This document shows positions 11,201 to 20,015 of a DNA stretch of 64,000 bases, piece by piece. The notes beneath the pieces are model-generated. The model was not told where the DNA came from and searched no databases. It saw nothing but the letters and a program-made list of their open reading frames with translations. The translations under genes were made by a program, and so were the position numbers. Numbering within the stretch: position 1 is the first letter of the stretch; each line of letters begins with the position of its first letter. The DNA is from an uncultured Bacteroidales bacterium (lineage in GTDB: Bacteria > Bacteroidota > Bacteroidia > Bacteroidales > FEN-979), in contig CAJAUM010000128.1 of the NCBI GenBank assembly GCA_903945175.1, positions 4,459-68,458 on the forward strand, written 5' to 3'.

Positions 11201-11624
11201 GGCGGTGATGCTGGAATTCGAACGAATTTCCGAACGTGGCGGTGTACTTGGCGCTATGGAAACGATGTACCAGCGCAGCCGGATCCAGGAAGAAAGTCTC
11301 TATTACGAAACACTTAAGCATACAGGGAAACTTCCTATCATTGGAGTGAATACATTCCTTTCAAGCAAGGGCTCGCCTACGGTTCTGCCTGGTGAAATCA
11401 TCCGCGCCACCGAGGAGGAAAAACAATACCAGATAAATATGCTGGAAAGCCTTCACAAAACCAATGCAGCAAAATCGGCCGTGATGATTGATAGTCTGAA
11501 GAGGGCTGCAACAAAAAATAATAATATCTTTGAAAGCCTGATGGAGGCAACCAAGGTTTGTTCCATTGGCCAGATCACCGATGCCCTGTTCGAAGTCGGA
11601 GGACAGTATCGCCGCAACATGTAA
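8205..11624 (+). CDS. icmF: Fused isobutyryl-CoA mutase (B12-binding domain + MeaB-like GTPase + mutase barrel)
   Basis: 1139 aa. N-terminal B12 domain ([17 protein letters not shown]). G-domain with P-loop [23 protein letters not shown] and NKFDK. C-terminal mutase region ([38 protein letters not shown]). Confidence 0.9.
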   Translation: MDSPEVYKPQNHIRIVTAASLFDGHDAAINIMRRILQSSGAEVIHLGHNRSVQEVVDCAIQEDVQAIAITSYQGGHMEYFKYMLDLLKERNCGHIKIFGGGGGVILPQESAALQEYGIARIYSPDDGREMTLQGMINDLLMKCDFPVGDQSEFHLEKIRDKDFKEIASLISAAENYPDKSRAFFEKIEKEAAKKNIPVLGITGTGGAGKSSLVDEIVRRFLADLQDKMIAIISIDPSKRKTGGALLGDRIRMNAIFNPRVYMRSLATRQSNLALSKYVKDAINVAKAAAFDLVIVETSGIGQSDTEIVDHSDVTLYVMTPEYGAASQLEKIDMLDFADLVAINKFDKRGALDALRDVKKQYQRNHKFFEKPVEEMPIYGTVASQFNDPGVNELYRALIQTIKSKTLIALPSKFKSGIEMTEKIFIIPPSRTRYLTEITETVHTYNSWTATQAKVAQQLYSIAQTIETLRTSPIETIKGNDPDSIPPCNKTGMLLELDMFFEQTLKRLEPANYDILKNWNEKVKSYKDDIYIYKVRGKEIKVETHTESLSRLQIPKISMPRYEAWGDILKWNLRENVPGEFPYAAGVFPFKREGEDPTRMFAGEGGPERTNKRFHYVSFGMPFVRLSTAYDSVTLYGFDPGVRPDIYGKIGNAGVSISCLDDAKKLYSGFDLVNPNTSVSMTINGPAPTMVGYFMNAAIDQQCEKYIRQHDMVQEVEKKIAAIYKNADTQRPFYQGDLPKGNDGLGLMLLGVTGDQVLPPSVYEKLKKEALSQVRGTVQADILKEDQAQNTCIFSIDFALKMMGDIQQYFNDNNVRNFYSVSISGYHIAEAGANPVSQLAFTLANGFTYVEYYVSRGMDVNKFAPNLSFFFSNGVDPEYSVIGRVARLIWAKAMKFKYKADARSQMLKYHIQTSGRSLHAQEIDFNDIRTTLQALYAIYDNCNSLHTNAYDEAITTPTEESVRRAMAIQMIINNELGLAKNQNPLQGAFIIEELTDLVEEAVMLEFERISERGGVLGAMETMYQRSRIQEESLYYETLKHTGKLPIIGVNTFLSSKGSPTVLPGEIIRATEEEKQYQINMLESLHKTNAAKSAVMIDSLKRAATKNNNIFESLMEATKVCSIGQITDALFEVGGQYRRNM

Positions 11625-11644
11625 AAACATAAAAGACCCGTTGT

Positions 11645-12721
11645 ATGACCCAGTTTAATATTTTGGTTGTCAATCCCAAGGATTGGCTCACGCAAATATC
11701 GGCCTACCAGAATCACAAACTATTGTATATGATCAGCCGGAAACATTCGGCCGAAGAGCTGTCCCCGTTCAAAACGATCTATGAACAGGTACAATTTCGC
11801 AAGGAGAGTGTAATCCGGGAGATAAAGAAAAACGAATTCAATCTGGATGAGCTTAAAATTGTGATTTCCCGGGGAGGTTTGATCAAGCCGGTACAGTCAG
11901 GTGTATTTGAAGTGAATGAACGTTTGAAGAAGGATCTGCTGCAGAGTCCTGTTGGAGAGGATGTCATCAATATCGGCGGGTTACTGGCCGATGCCATTGC
12001 GGTAGAAATCCCGGGTGCCCGTGCCATGATAGCCGACCCCACTGTGGTGGATGAGTTTCAAGAACTGGCAAGAATTACCGGTGCTCCTGAGATCCAGCGT
12101 AAATCCATTTTCCATGCCCTCAATCAGAAGGCTGTTGCCAAACTGCATGCGGAAACGCACAAGAAGAAATATGATGAACTCAACCTCATCGTGGCCCATA
12201 TTGGAAACGGAACTACCGTTGGGGCGCATTGCCATGGCCGGGTGATCGATGTAAACCAGGGATTTGAAGGTGACGGGCCTTTTTCGATGGTCCGAAGTGG
12301 TTCATTGCCCATGGGCGATGTGGTGAAGATGTGCTACAGCGGAACCAAAACCCTCGATGAAATGTTATGTCTGCTAACCCATTGTGCAGGCGTTAACGCT
12401 TATCTGGGAACCAGAGATATCAATGAAATTGAAAACCGCATCAACAATGGCGACGCACATGCCAAACTGATCATGGAGGCCATGGCTTACCAGGTTTCGA
12501 AATGTATCGGAGAGATGTTTGCGGTGCTCAAGGGTGATGTGGATGCTATATTAATTACCGGAGATATTGCACATAGCCAGTTTGTCGTGCATCACATCAT
12601 TGATCATGTTGAAAAATTTGCCCCGATTTTTCTTTATCCAGGAGACAACGAGCTCCAGGCTATGGCCGCCAATGCCCTTCGCGTGCTGAAAGGGGAAATG
12701 GAGGTGCAGGAATACGTTTAG
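11645..12721 (+). CDS. buk: Butyrate kinase family (ASKHA) protein with a divergent active site
   Basis: 358 aa. Strong family blocks are present: QRKSIFHALNQKAVAK, IVAHIGNGTTVGAHCHGRVIDVNQGFEGDGPF, and AMAYQVSKCIGEMFAVLKGDVDAILITG. The canonical N-terminal NPGSTSTK is replaced by NPKDWLTQ (see findings). Confidence 0.7.
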   Translation: MTQFNILVVNPKDWLTQISAYQNHKLLYMISRKHSAEELSPFKTIYEQVQFRKESVIREIKKNEFNLDELKIVISRGGLIKPVQSGVFEVNERLKKDLLQSPVGEDVINIGGLLADAIAVEIPGARAMIADPTVVDEFQELARITGAPEIQRKSIFHALNQKAVAKLHAETHKKKYDELNLIVAHIGNGTTVGAHCHGRVIDVNQGFEGDGPFSMVRSGSLPMGDVVKMCYSGTKTLDEMLCLLTHCAGVNAYLGTRDINEIENRINNGDAHAKLIMEAMAYQVSKCIGEMFAVLKGDVDAILITGDIAHSQFVVHHIIDHVEKFAPIFLYPGDNELQAMAANALRVLKGEMEVQEYV

Positions 12722-12776
12722 CGATTTACGATTTATGGATGGTCAGGGAGGGGCATTGAATTAAATTGATTTTCAC

Positions 12777-13622
12777 ATGAAATTGTTTTCGATAAATACC
12801 GGGAATCTGAAACTCGACGGCGGGGCTATGTTTGGCGTGGTGCCTAAGGTCATTTGGGGAAAATCCTACCCCAGTGATGAAAACAACCTTTGCAACTGGT
12901 CGATGCGCTGTTTACTCGTAGTGGATGGATCCCGTAAAATACTGATCGATTGTGGTATCGGCGATAAACAATCTGAAAAATTCTTCTCAAACTACTACCT
13001 GAACGGAGACGATACGCTTGAAAAATCACTTGCCTCGTTCGGATTTACCACAGAGGATATCACCGATGTGATTCTGACCCATCTGCATTTTGATCATGCA
13101 GGTGGCGCTGTCCGCTGGAATTCGGATAAGACAGACTATGAGGTTACTTTTAAAAATGCCACATACCACACGAGTCGTCACCAATGGGAATGGGCCACCA
13201 GTCCGAACAATCGTGAAAAAGCCTCCTTCCTTAAGGAAAATATTTTACCTATCAAAGAAAAGGGGAAACTTAACCTTTTCGATGGGGATACCAAGCTCTT
13301 ACCCAATGTTTCGGTTCGACTTTTCAGCGGCCATACCGACGGCCAGGTGATCCCCTTTATCAGTTACAAGGATAAAACAGTGGTCTATATGGCCGATTTG
13401 CTGCCATCATCAGCACATATTCCTTTACCCTGGGTGATGAGTTATGATACCCGCCCGCTGATTACCCTGAAAGAAAAGGAGGCCTTTATGGCCGAAGCGG
13501 CACAAAACAGATATGTGCTTTTCCTGGAACACGATCTGTATCATGAATGCTGTACTGTGGAGGCAACCGACAAGGGGGTCAGGCTGAAGGAGTGCTTTCC
13601 GCTGTTAAACGTGACGGAATAA
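12777..13622 (+). CDS. MBL-fold metallo-hydrolase
   Basis: 281 aa with the HxHxDH motif (THLHFDHAGG) and a later His (FSGHTDG). Confidence 0.8.
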   Translation: MKLFSINTGNLKLDGGAMFGVVPKVIWGKSYPSDENNLCNWSMRCLLVVDGSRKILIDCGIGDKQSEKFFSNYYLNGDDTLEKSLASFGFTTEDITDVILTHLHFDHAGGAVRWNSDKTDYEVTFKNATYHTSRHQWEWATSPNNREKASFLKENILPIKEKGKLNLFDGDTKLLPNVSVRLFSGHTDGQVIPFISYKDKTVVYMADLLPSSAHIPLPWVMSYDTRPLITLKEKEAFMAEAAQNRYVLFLEHDLYHECCTVEATDKGVRLKECFPLLNVTE

Positions 13623-13647
13623 GCCGTAACACGTGGCACGTGACGGA

Positions 13648-14640
13648 ATGAGTCAAGTTGAATTTGAGCGGAGGTTAAAAACTGATTTTTTCATGGTGGT
13701 TCAACTGATCCGGCTGAGGTTTATTCAATTTTACCGGGGATCCGGAGATTTAGGGATTTTTAGGGTTCTCCTGCTTGTTGTTGTCCTGCTGCCCCTGATC
13801 ATCCTTATGCTGGTTCAGCGTATTGCCATTCACCCCTGGTCGGTTGCAATACCAGGTGCTGCACTTTATATCCTATGGCTGCTCCACAGAAGGCGCAGGG
13901 ATTATTATTTCCTTACAGCCATCCTTCCGAAACCGCAGGCCATTTACCTTGCAGAGTATTTTCTATTCACCCTTCCCATCACAGGGTTGTTGCTGTATAA
14001 TGCACTGTTGGCACATGCCCTTGTTTTCTCTCTTGGCATTTTCATGATAACTTTTTTCGTTCCGACCCTGAAGGCGAGTGTTTCACGAACAGTAAAGCTC
14101 TCGATAGTTCCTGCAGGCATGTTCGAATGGCAAAGCGGAATCCGGAAAAACCTGATCGCGGTGATTCTTTTCTATATTGCCGGACTGTTCGGGTATTACC
14201 AGATCTTGCTTTCGGCGATCTCCCTCCTTTTTCTGACTTTGATTTTCGTCTCTTTCTATTCCGAATATGAACCCTGGCATATGATGGCTTCAGGAAACAC
14301 CGGCTCATGGAAATACCTCCTGCAAAAAACAGCTAAACATGCGGGATGTTTTGCAGTTTTCATTTTTCCGCTGATATGCATTGCACTAATTCATGAGGAT
14401 TACCGGTGGCTGATCCTGGGATATTTCATGGCGACGCTGAACCTGTTAACTTTCACGATCCTGCTGAAATATTATCAATACCGGCCCGGGGCATTTTCAG
14501 GGGCCCACCAGATGCTGACCACGCTGGCCGTCATCGTCTCAGTGATCCTTCCGGTGGCACTGGTTATATTGTTGTTCAATCTCTTCCTGGCAGCGGGAGC
14601 AAGTAAAAACCTTAAAATATACCTGGATGCTCACAATTGA
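13648..14640 (+). CDS. Polytopic membrane protein, probable partner of the downstream ABC ATPase
   Basis: About 8 hydrophobic segments and no recognisable domain. The ORF track start at 13633 is GTG; the first ATG is at 13648. The 3' end overlaps the ATPase start by 14 nt. Confidence 0.5.
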   Translation: MSQVEFERRLKTDFFMVVQLIRLRFIQFYRGSGDLGIFRVLLLVVVLLPLIILMLVQRIAIHPWSVAIPGAALYILWLLHRRRRDYYFLTAILPKPQAIYLAEYFLFTLPITGLLLYNALLAHALVFSLGIFMITFFVPTLKASVSRTVKLSIVPAGMFEWQSGIRKNLIAVILFYIAGLFGYYQILLSAISLLFLTLIFVSFYSEYEPWHMMASGNTGSWKYLLQKTAKHAGCFAVFIFPLICIALIHEDYRWLILGYFMATLNLLTFTILLKYYQYRPGAFSGAHQMLTTLAVIVSVILPVALVILLFNLFLAAGASKNLKIYLDAHN

Positions 14641-15313
14641 AAATCTCAGCATTTCGTATGGCGAACACCTGGTACTTGACGGGCTGTCATTATCTCTGCC
14701 AGAACATTGTATTCACGGGCTTGTAGGAATGAATGGTGCCGGAAAGACGAGCCTGCTGAATGCCTTGTCGGGATTTGTAAAGCCCCAGGCCGGTACCATG
14801 AAACTTGCCGGTAATCCGCTTAAAAGAACCGATCTGGCCTACCTTGAAACAGAAAATTTCTTTTACAGTTTTATTACCGGACGTGAATACCTTGGTTTGT
14901 TCAGGTCTCCTGAGAATGTACCGGGTATCGATGAGTGGAATCGGATGTTCAGGCTTCCGCTTGATCACCTGATAGAGGGATATTCAAGCGGGATGAAGCG
15001 TAAACTTGCTCTTTTAGGCGTATTAAGACAAGGTAAAAGCCTTGTAATCCTTGATGAACCTTTCAACGGGCTTGACCTGGAATCATCCCGGTTACTCACC
15101 ATGATCATCGGCCGGTTAAAAGAACGTGGAAATACGGTAATCATCACTTCACACATCCTGGGTTCGCTCACAGGGATCTGCGATTTTATCCATCTTTTAC
15201 GCGACGGAACAATACAGTTTACAAAAGACAAAGAACAATTTACTGATCTTGAAAAGGATATTTTCAGGGATTTGGATCCGGGTTATCTTGACCTGGTTAA
15301 CAGCATCGTTTAG
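14627..15313 (+). CDS. ABC transporter ATP-binding protein
   Basis: Walker A GMNGAGKTS, signature YSSGMKRKLAL, Walker B LVILDEPFNGLD, and H-loop ITSHIL. Confidence 0.85.
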   Translation: MLTIENLSISYGEHLVLDGLSLSLPEHCIHGLVGMNGAGKTSLLNALSGFVKPQAGTMKLAGNPLKRTDLAYLETENFFYSFITGREYLGLFRSPENVPGIDEWNRMFRLPLDHLIEGYSSGMKRKLALLGVLRQGKSLVILDEPFNGLDLESSRLLTMIIGRLKERGNTVIITSHILGSLTGICDFIHLLRDGTIQFTKDKEQFTDLEKDIFRDLDPGYLDLVNSIV

Positions 15314-15332
15314 TTTGCAACTGACCTGTGAC

Positions 15333-16280
15333 TTACGAAAGTTTTTTCCTGATCTCAGTCAGCATGACATCCGTCATTTTGGTCAGATCGTACTCATAAT
15401 GCAGCCCCCAATCCTTCTTGGCGACATCATCGTTGATGGATGCCGGCCATGAATCGGCAATGGCCTGACGGAAATCGGGTTTATAGGTAATCTCAAAATC
15501 AGGGATGTGCTTTCTGATCTCTTTGGCAAGGGTTTGCGGTGTGAAGGAAATACCAGCTACATTGTAGCTTGATCGCAATGACAGTTTGGACGCATCCGCC
15601 TCCATCACGTCGATGGTGGCATGGATGGCATCGGGCATAAACATCATTGGAAGCGCTGACTCTGGTCCCAGGAAGCATTCGTATTTTTTGTGTTTGATGG
15701 CTTCATAAAAAATCTCCACCGCATAATCAGTAGTACCGCCACCTGCCTCGGTTTTATAGCTGATAAGCCCTGGATAGCGTAAACTGCGTGTATCTACCCC
15801 ATATTTGTTGAAATAGTATTCAATCCACCGTTCACCGGCCAGTTTACTGATGCCGTAAACCGTATTTGGTTCCATGATGGTATATTGCGGCGTGACATTG
15901 CGGGGAGTGGATGGGCCAAAAACGGCAATGGAAGAGGGCCAGAATATCTTAGGAATTTTCAGTTCACGTGCCAGCTCCAGTACATTCATCAGGCTGCGCA
16001 TGTTGATGTCCCAGGAGGCCAGCGGGCGTTTTTCTGCATTGCCCGAAAGGATGGCAGCCAGGTGGTATATCTGGGTGATTTTTTCATGTTCAAGGATCAG
16101 CTGAAGCTTTGAAGCATCAAGCACATCCAGGATTTCAAACGGGCCGGAACCTCTCACTTCAGGCGGGGCAGGGCGGATATCGGTTGCGATGACCCTTGAT
16201 TCCCCATAAATTTTTCGTAGTGCGAGTGTGAGCTCCGAGCCGATCTGTCCGGAGCATCCAATGACAAGGATTTTTTCCAT
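15333..16280 (-). CDS. tdh: L-threonine 3-dehydrogenase (SDR / UDP-glucose-4-epimerase-like type)
   Basis: The true start is probably ATG 16280 (MEKILVIGCSGQIGSELTLALRKIYG); the ORF track extends to 16337. Family blocks FWPSSIAVFGP, VYGISKLAGE, GGGTTDYAVEIFY and FRQAIADSWPASI match SDR-type TDH end to end. Confidence 0.85.
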   Translation of the reverse strand: MEKILVIGCSGQIGSELTLALRKIYGESRVIATDIRPAPPEVRGSGPFEILDVLDASKLQLILEHEKITQIYHLAAILSGNAEKRPLASWDINMRSLMNVLELARELKIPKIFWPSSIAVFGPSTPRNVTPQYTIMEPNTVYGISKLAGERWIEYYFNKYGVDTRSLRYPGLISYKTEAGGGTTDYAVEIFYEAIKHKKYECFLGPESALPMMFMPDAIHATIDVMEADASKLSLRSSYNVAGISFTPQTLAKEIRKHIPDFEITYKPDFRQAIADSWPASINDDVAKKDWGLHYEYDLTKMTDVMLTEIRKKLS

Positions 16281-16304
16281 TAGCTGATTGTTAAAAGATT
16301 CACG

Positions 16305-16312
16305 CAAAAGTA
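16305..16312 (-). promoter_or_regulatory. -7 promoter box TACTTTTG for tdh
   Basis: The reverse complement reads TACTTTTG, 24 nt upstream of ATG 16280. Confidence 0.45.
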
Positions 16313-16375
16313 GAAAGAATTTCTGTTTGAGAAACAAGATGACGGGGAAGAGGATATTGGATATTGTTTATTTTG

Positions 16376-16383
16376 TAATTTTG
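16376..16383 (+). promoter_or_regulatory. -7 promoter box TAATTTTG for the sensor kinase gene
   Basis: TAnnTTTG match 18 nt upstream of ATG 16402. Confidence 0.45.
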
Positions 16384-16401
16384 AGAGGATAACGAACGGA
16401 A

Positions 16402-18561
16402 ATGATCAAGAAAAGTATCCTGTTTCTGGACCGGCTGGGAACAAAACTGGTCTTTCTCCCTGGTGATGCAGAAGAGGAATTAAAGGGTAAAAAAAACTTC
16501 CTTTTTTCTCTTACCGTCACACTGCTTATGGTGGCTGTACTGACGGTAATCACCGGATGGATGCATCTGAAAATCATGACTACATCAGGCATCTGCCTGA
16601 TCATCAGTTATTCACTGACCTTTTCAGTTTTTTTAATTGTCCGGCGTGTGGTTCACTGGTTTCTGTTTGTCGGACAGCTTTTTGTGCTTCTCATTACCTT
16701 TATTACAATTTTGAGTTTAGGCGGGATTCCCCATTCCGGCGGACTTATTTTTGTGGGCATGGCAACAGTGGTGTATTCCATGGCATTTCCAACCAAAAAA
16801 ATGGCACTGGGGCTGTTTTGTGTGTATCTGGTAACCCTGTTACTGGAAGGTATTCTTCATCCCTGGCTGACCACCACGCCGGAATTGTCACCTGCAGTCA
16901 ATGTGGCATTTTTCGTAATAAACGCTGTATGGATCTCTGTTTTCATGCTCTTCAGCGTATTTTACATCTTTGCACAACGTGCTGAAATAGCAAAGGCAAA
17001 ATCAGAACGACTCCAGGAACTGGATGAATTAAAGACCCGGTTGTTTACCAATATTGCCCATGAATTCCGTACACCCCTCACTGTGATATCCGGTATGACG
17101 GAAATGATCAGGGATAATCCGGAGGAACTTTGCAGGGAACGTACCGATTTGATCCTTCGCAATACCAAAAACATACTTAAGCTTGTTGACCAGATGCTGA
17201 ACCTCTCCCGATTGGATGCCGGTTCCATGCCCCTGCATTTTGTTCAAAGCGACATGGTAGCATTTCTTCGTTTCCAGACAGGTTCCTTTTCCGGACTTTT
17301 CCTCCACCGGCAGATCCGGCTGCATTTTCTCCCGGATTGCAATGAACTGACCATGGATTTTGACCCGGAGAAAATGGAGGAGATCATAGGGAACCTTTTG
17401 TCCAATGCCTTAAAATATACTCCTGCAAACGGAGATGTTTATCTTAAAGTAAATTTCCTGCCGGGTGAAGGAGCTGTAATCCGGATCAGAGATACCGGCG
17501 TTGGGATTCCGGAGGAGCATCTTTCAAGCATCTTTGAACGCTTCTACAGGGCGGGGAATGACCCTTCTCACCATGAAGAAGGGAGCGGGATCGGTCTTAC
17601 CCTTGTACATGAATATGTGAAACTCATGGGCGGTGAAATTACCGCAAAAAGCCAACCAGGTGAAGGTTCGGAATTCATCATCACCTTACCGGTCACGCAC
17701 AATGCCGTGATGCAGGAGGTTATCCTACATGAAAAAGCGAGGATGGATGATGAAGGCTTTTCTATGGGCAGATGGTCCTTTTCTGAAGAAGGAACCAACG
17801 ACCGCCCCCACCTGCTTATCATCGAAGACAACCAGGATGTGATTCGCTACTTAAGTATGATATTAATCAACACCTTTGATGTGAATGTTGCCGTAAATGG
17901 AGAAGAGGGTATCCGGAAAGCATTGGAAAATGTGCCCGACCTCATTCTCTCCGATGTGATGATGCCAGGGATCGATGGTTTTGAACTTTGCAGCAAGCTG
18001 AAACAGGATTTCCGGACAAGCCATATTCCCATCGTACTGTTGACTGCCCGTGCTGACCAGGCATCACGAATTGAAGGATTGGAACATGGCGCTGATGCCT
18101 ATTTGACTAAACCCTTCAATAAAAACGAACTGCTCGCCTGCCTTCGTAATCTTTTCATTCAGCGGGAAAAACTCCGCATCAAATACAGCATCCAGCCTGC
18201 TTTGGAAAACAATCCTGCATCCGGTCCCGATGAGATGTTCATGCAGCGGATCCACAAAATCCTTGAAACCAACTTTGCCAGTGAGCAGTTTGGGATAAAA
18301 GATCTGTATACAGCCTTGGAGATCAGCAGGGTTCAGCTTCACCGCAAACTCATTGCTTTGACCGGTCAACCGACCTCACATGTAATCCGGAATTACCGTC
18401 TTGCTAAAGCAAAACAACTGCTTTTAAGCACATCAAAAACGGTCGCAGAAATTGCGTATGATACAGGTTTCAGCGATCCCAATTATTTCAGTAGGGTATT
18501 TGCCCTGGAGTTTGGATATCCTCCCACTGAAATAAGAAAAGGGAGCCGGAATAATCCCTGA
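16402..18561 (+). CDS. Hybrid sensor histidine kinase / response regulator with a C-terminal AraC-type HTH
   Basis: N-terminal ~190 aa carry about 6 TM helices. H-box FTNIAHEFRTPLT, HATPase (GSGIGLTLV), receiver domain (LLIIEDNQDV...SDVMMPGIDGF...KPF), and AraC HTH (IAYDTGFSDPNYFSRVFALEFGYPPTEIR). Confidence 0.85.
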   Translation: MIKKSILFLDRLGTKLVFLPGDAEEELKGKKNFLFSLTVTLLMVAVLTVITGWMHLKIMTTSGICLIISYSLTFSVFLIVRRVVHWFLFVGQLFVLLITFITILSLGGIPHSGGLIFVGMATVVYSMAFPTKKMALGLFCVYLVTLLLEGILHPWLTTTPELSPAVNVAFFVINAVWISVFMLFSVFYIFAQRAEIAKAKSERLQELDELKTRLFTNIAHEFRTPLTVISGMTEMIRDNPEELCRERTDLILRNTKNILKLVDQMLNLSRLDAGSMPLHFVQSDMVAFLRFQTGSFSGLFLHRQIRLHFLPDCNELTMDFDPEKMEEIIGNLLSNALKYTPANGDVYLKVNFLPGEGAVIRIRDTGVGIPEEHLSSIFERFYRAGNDPSHHEEGSGIGLTLVHEYVKLMGGEITAKSQPGEGSEFIITLPVTHNAVMQEVILHEKARMDDEGFSMGRWSFSEEGTNDRPHLLIIEDNQDVIRYLSMILINTFDVNVAVNGEEGIRKALENVPDLILSDVMMPGIDGFELCSKLKQDFRTSHIPIVLLTARADQASRIEGLEHGADAYLTKPFNKNELLACLRNLFIQREKLRIKYSIQPALENNPASGPDEMFMQRIHKILETNFASEQFGIKDLYTALEISRVQLHRKLIALTGQPTSHVIRNYRLAKAKQLLLSTSKTVAEIAYDTGFSDPNYFSRVFALEFGYPPTEIRKGSRNNP

Positions 18562-18656
18562 AACAAAAGGGAGGGGGTTGAAACAATAGTCCAGCATTTT
18601 TTATTTTTTATCCTGAAAAAGAAACTGTAGGTAAGGCGACTTGGAAGTTCCGTTAA

Positions 18657-18664
18657 TAACTTTG
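18657..18664 (+). promoter_or_regulatory. -7 promoter box TAACTTTG
   Basis: TAnnTTTG match 29 nt upstream of ATG 18694. Confidence 0.4.
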
Positions 18665-18693
18665 AAGTTGGATCAACCTTAAAACTTCGGGTT

Positions 18694-19965
18694 ATGAAAA
18701 CACACAACAGACAATTTCTTTCAGGTTTTTTTGCTCTCACGCTGTTATTCTTCTTCTTCATTATTTCACGGGGAGAGGCCCAGAAATATACCTGGATTAA
18801 ATTGAATGACATGATCTATCCAAGTGCCGCTCACGCATCCTGTATCAGCAGTGGCAAGGTTTATGCCATTGGCGGGACCGATAAAACCATGCATGGGAAT
18901 GAATATGGAGAAGCCTATGTCCAGATTTATAATCCGGAATCAGGCGCTTGGAATCCGGGTCAATCGATGCAATTTCCCAGGATGATGCTGGGTGTTGCCC
19001 AGGTGAATGGAATTATTCATGCTATCGGAGGCGGTTATGGTGATTATTTATCTGATGCGAATGAAGCCTACGACCCGTCGACGAATACCTGGACAGTGAA
19101 AGCGCCCAAACCGACTACGGGCAGTTGTTTCGGCATCAGCGTGGTAAATAATAAAATTTACATTGTTGGCGGAATGCATGCAAGTCAAAGCTATCCTACA
19201 GAAGTATATGATCCTGCCACGGATCAATGGAGCTCCCTGGCCCCAATTCCTCATCCTGTAGCCGGTATTGCATGTGCCGCAGTGAATGGTAAAATATATT
19301 CGATCGGAGGTGTTGATAATACCTATACCTGTGTTGATTTACTGCAGGTATATGATATTGCGACAAATACATGGGAAACCAAACAGCATATGCCTTATGC
19401 AAGGTTTGGCGCCGCTGCTGCCGCCATCGGAAATAAAATCTATGTATTTGGAGGTGCAGTTTTCCCAGTGAATACAGCTACTTCAAATGTCCAGATCTAT
19501 GATATCGGGACCAATACCTGGAGCAATGAAGATATCCTTCCAATACCTACCCAGTGGGCGGCAGTTTCAGCAGGGGAAGATAATTCCGTCTATTTATTGG
19601 CTGGTGAAAACAAATGCATGATGACCTATTCGGATGCCACCATTTATAAATTCCTGTATAAATTCAAGGTCAACTCAACGGGTATTGAAACTTTGAACGG
19701 GAACAATGACTGTTCACTCAGCATCATTCCTAACCCGGTGACCCAGCAGGTAAAAATAAAATACAGAACGGTGGAGGATGGGTTAGTTACCCTTGAAATG
19801 TATAATATAACAGGAAACAAGATAGATGTTCTTACCAATCGATTTGAGCGACAAGGCGTACATGAAATCACGCAAAACATGGTCAATCTGCCGGCAGGCA
19901 TCTATTTCTGCCGGCTGAAATCCGGAGCGGAAATGAGAATGGAGAAGGTGGTTAAAATCAATTAG
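18694..19965 (+). CDS. Kelch-repeat beta-propeller protein with a T9SS C-terminal sorting domain
   Basis: Signal peptide. About 6 repeats of the form GKIYxIGG...YDPxTNTW. The C-terminal ~80 aa ([14 protein letters not shown]...[10 protein letters not shown]...VVKIN) look like a type-A T9SS CTD. Confidence 0.75.
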   Translation: MKTHNRQFLSGFFALTLLFFFFIISRGEAQKYTWIKLNDMIYPSAAHASCISSGKVYAIGGTDKTMHGNEYGEAYVQIYNPESGAWNPGQSMQFPRMMLGVAQVNGIIHAIGGGYGDYLSDANEAYDPSTNTWTVKAPKPTTGSCFGISVVNNKIYIVGGMHASQSYPTEVYDPATDQWSSLAPIPHPVAGIACAAVNGKIYSIGGVDNTYTCVDLLQVYDIATNTWETKQHMPYARFGAAAAAIGNKIYVFGGAVFPVNTATSNVQIYDIGTNTWSNEDILPIPTQWAAVSAGEDNSVYLLAGENKCMMTYSDATIYKFLYKFKVNSTGIETLNGNNDCSLSIIPNPVTQQVKIKYRTVEDGLVTLEMYNITGNKIDVLTNRFERQGVHEITQNMVNLPAGIYFCRLKSGAEMRMEKVVKIN

Positions 19966-19994
19966 GCTGCAACTATCCTTTAATCAAAAATTCC

Positions 19995-20002
19995 TACCTT
20001 TG
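19995..20002 (+). promoter_or_regulatory. -7 promoter box TACCTTTG for cysS
   Basis: TAnnTTTG match 13 nt upstream of ATG 20016. Confidence 0.5.
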
Positions 20003-20015
20003 TCCGGTGAATCCT

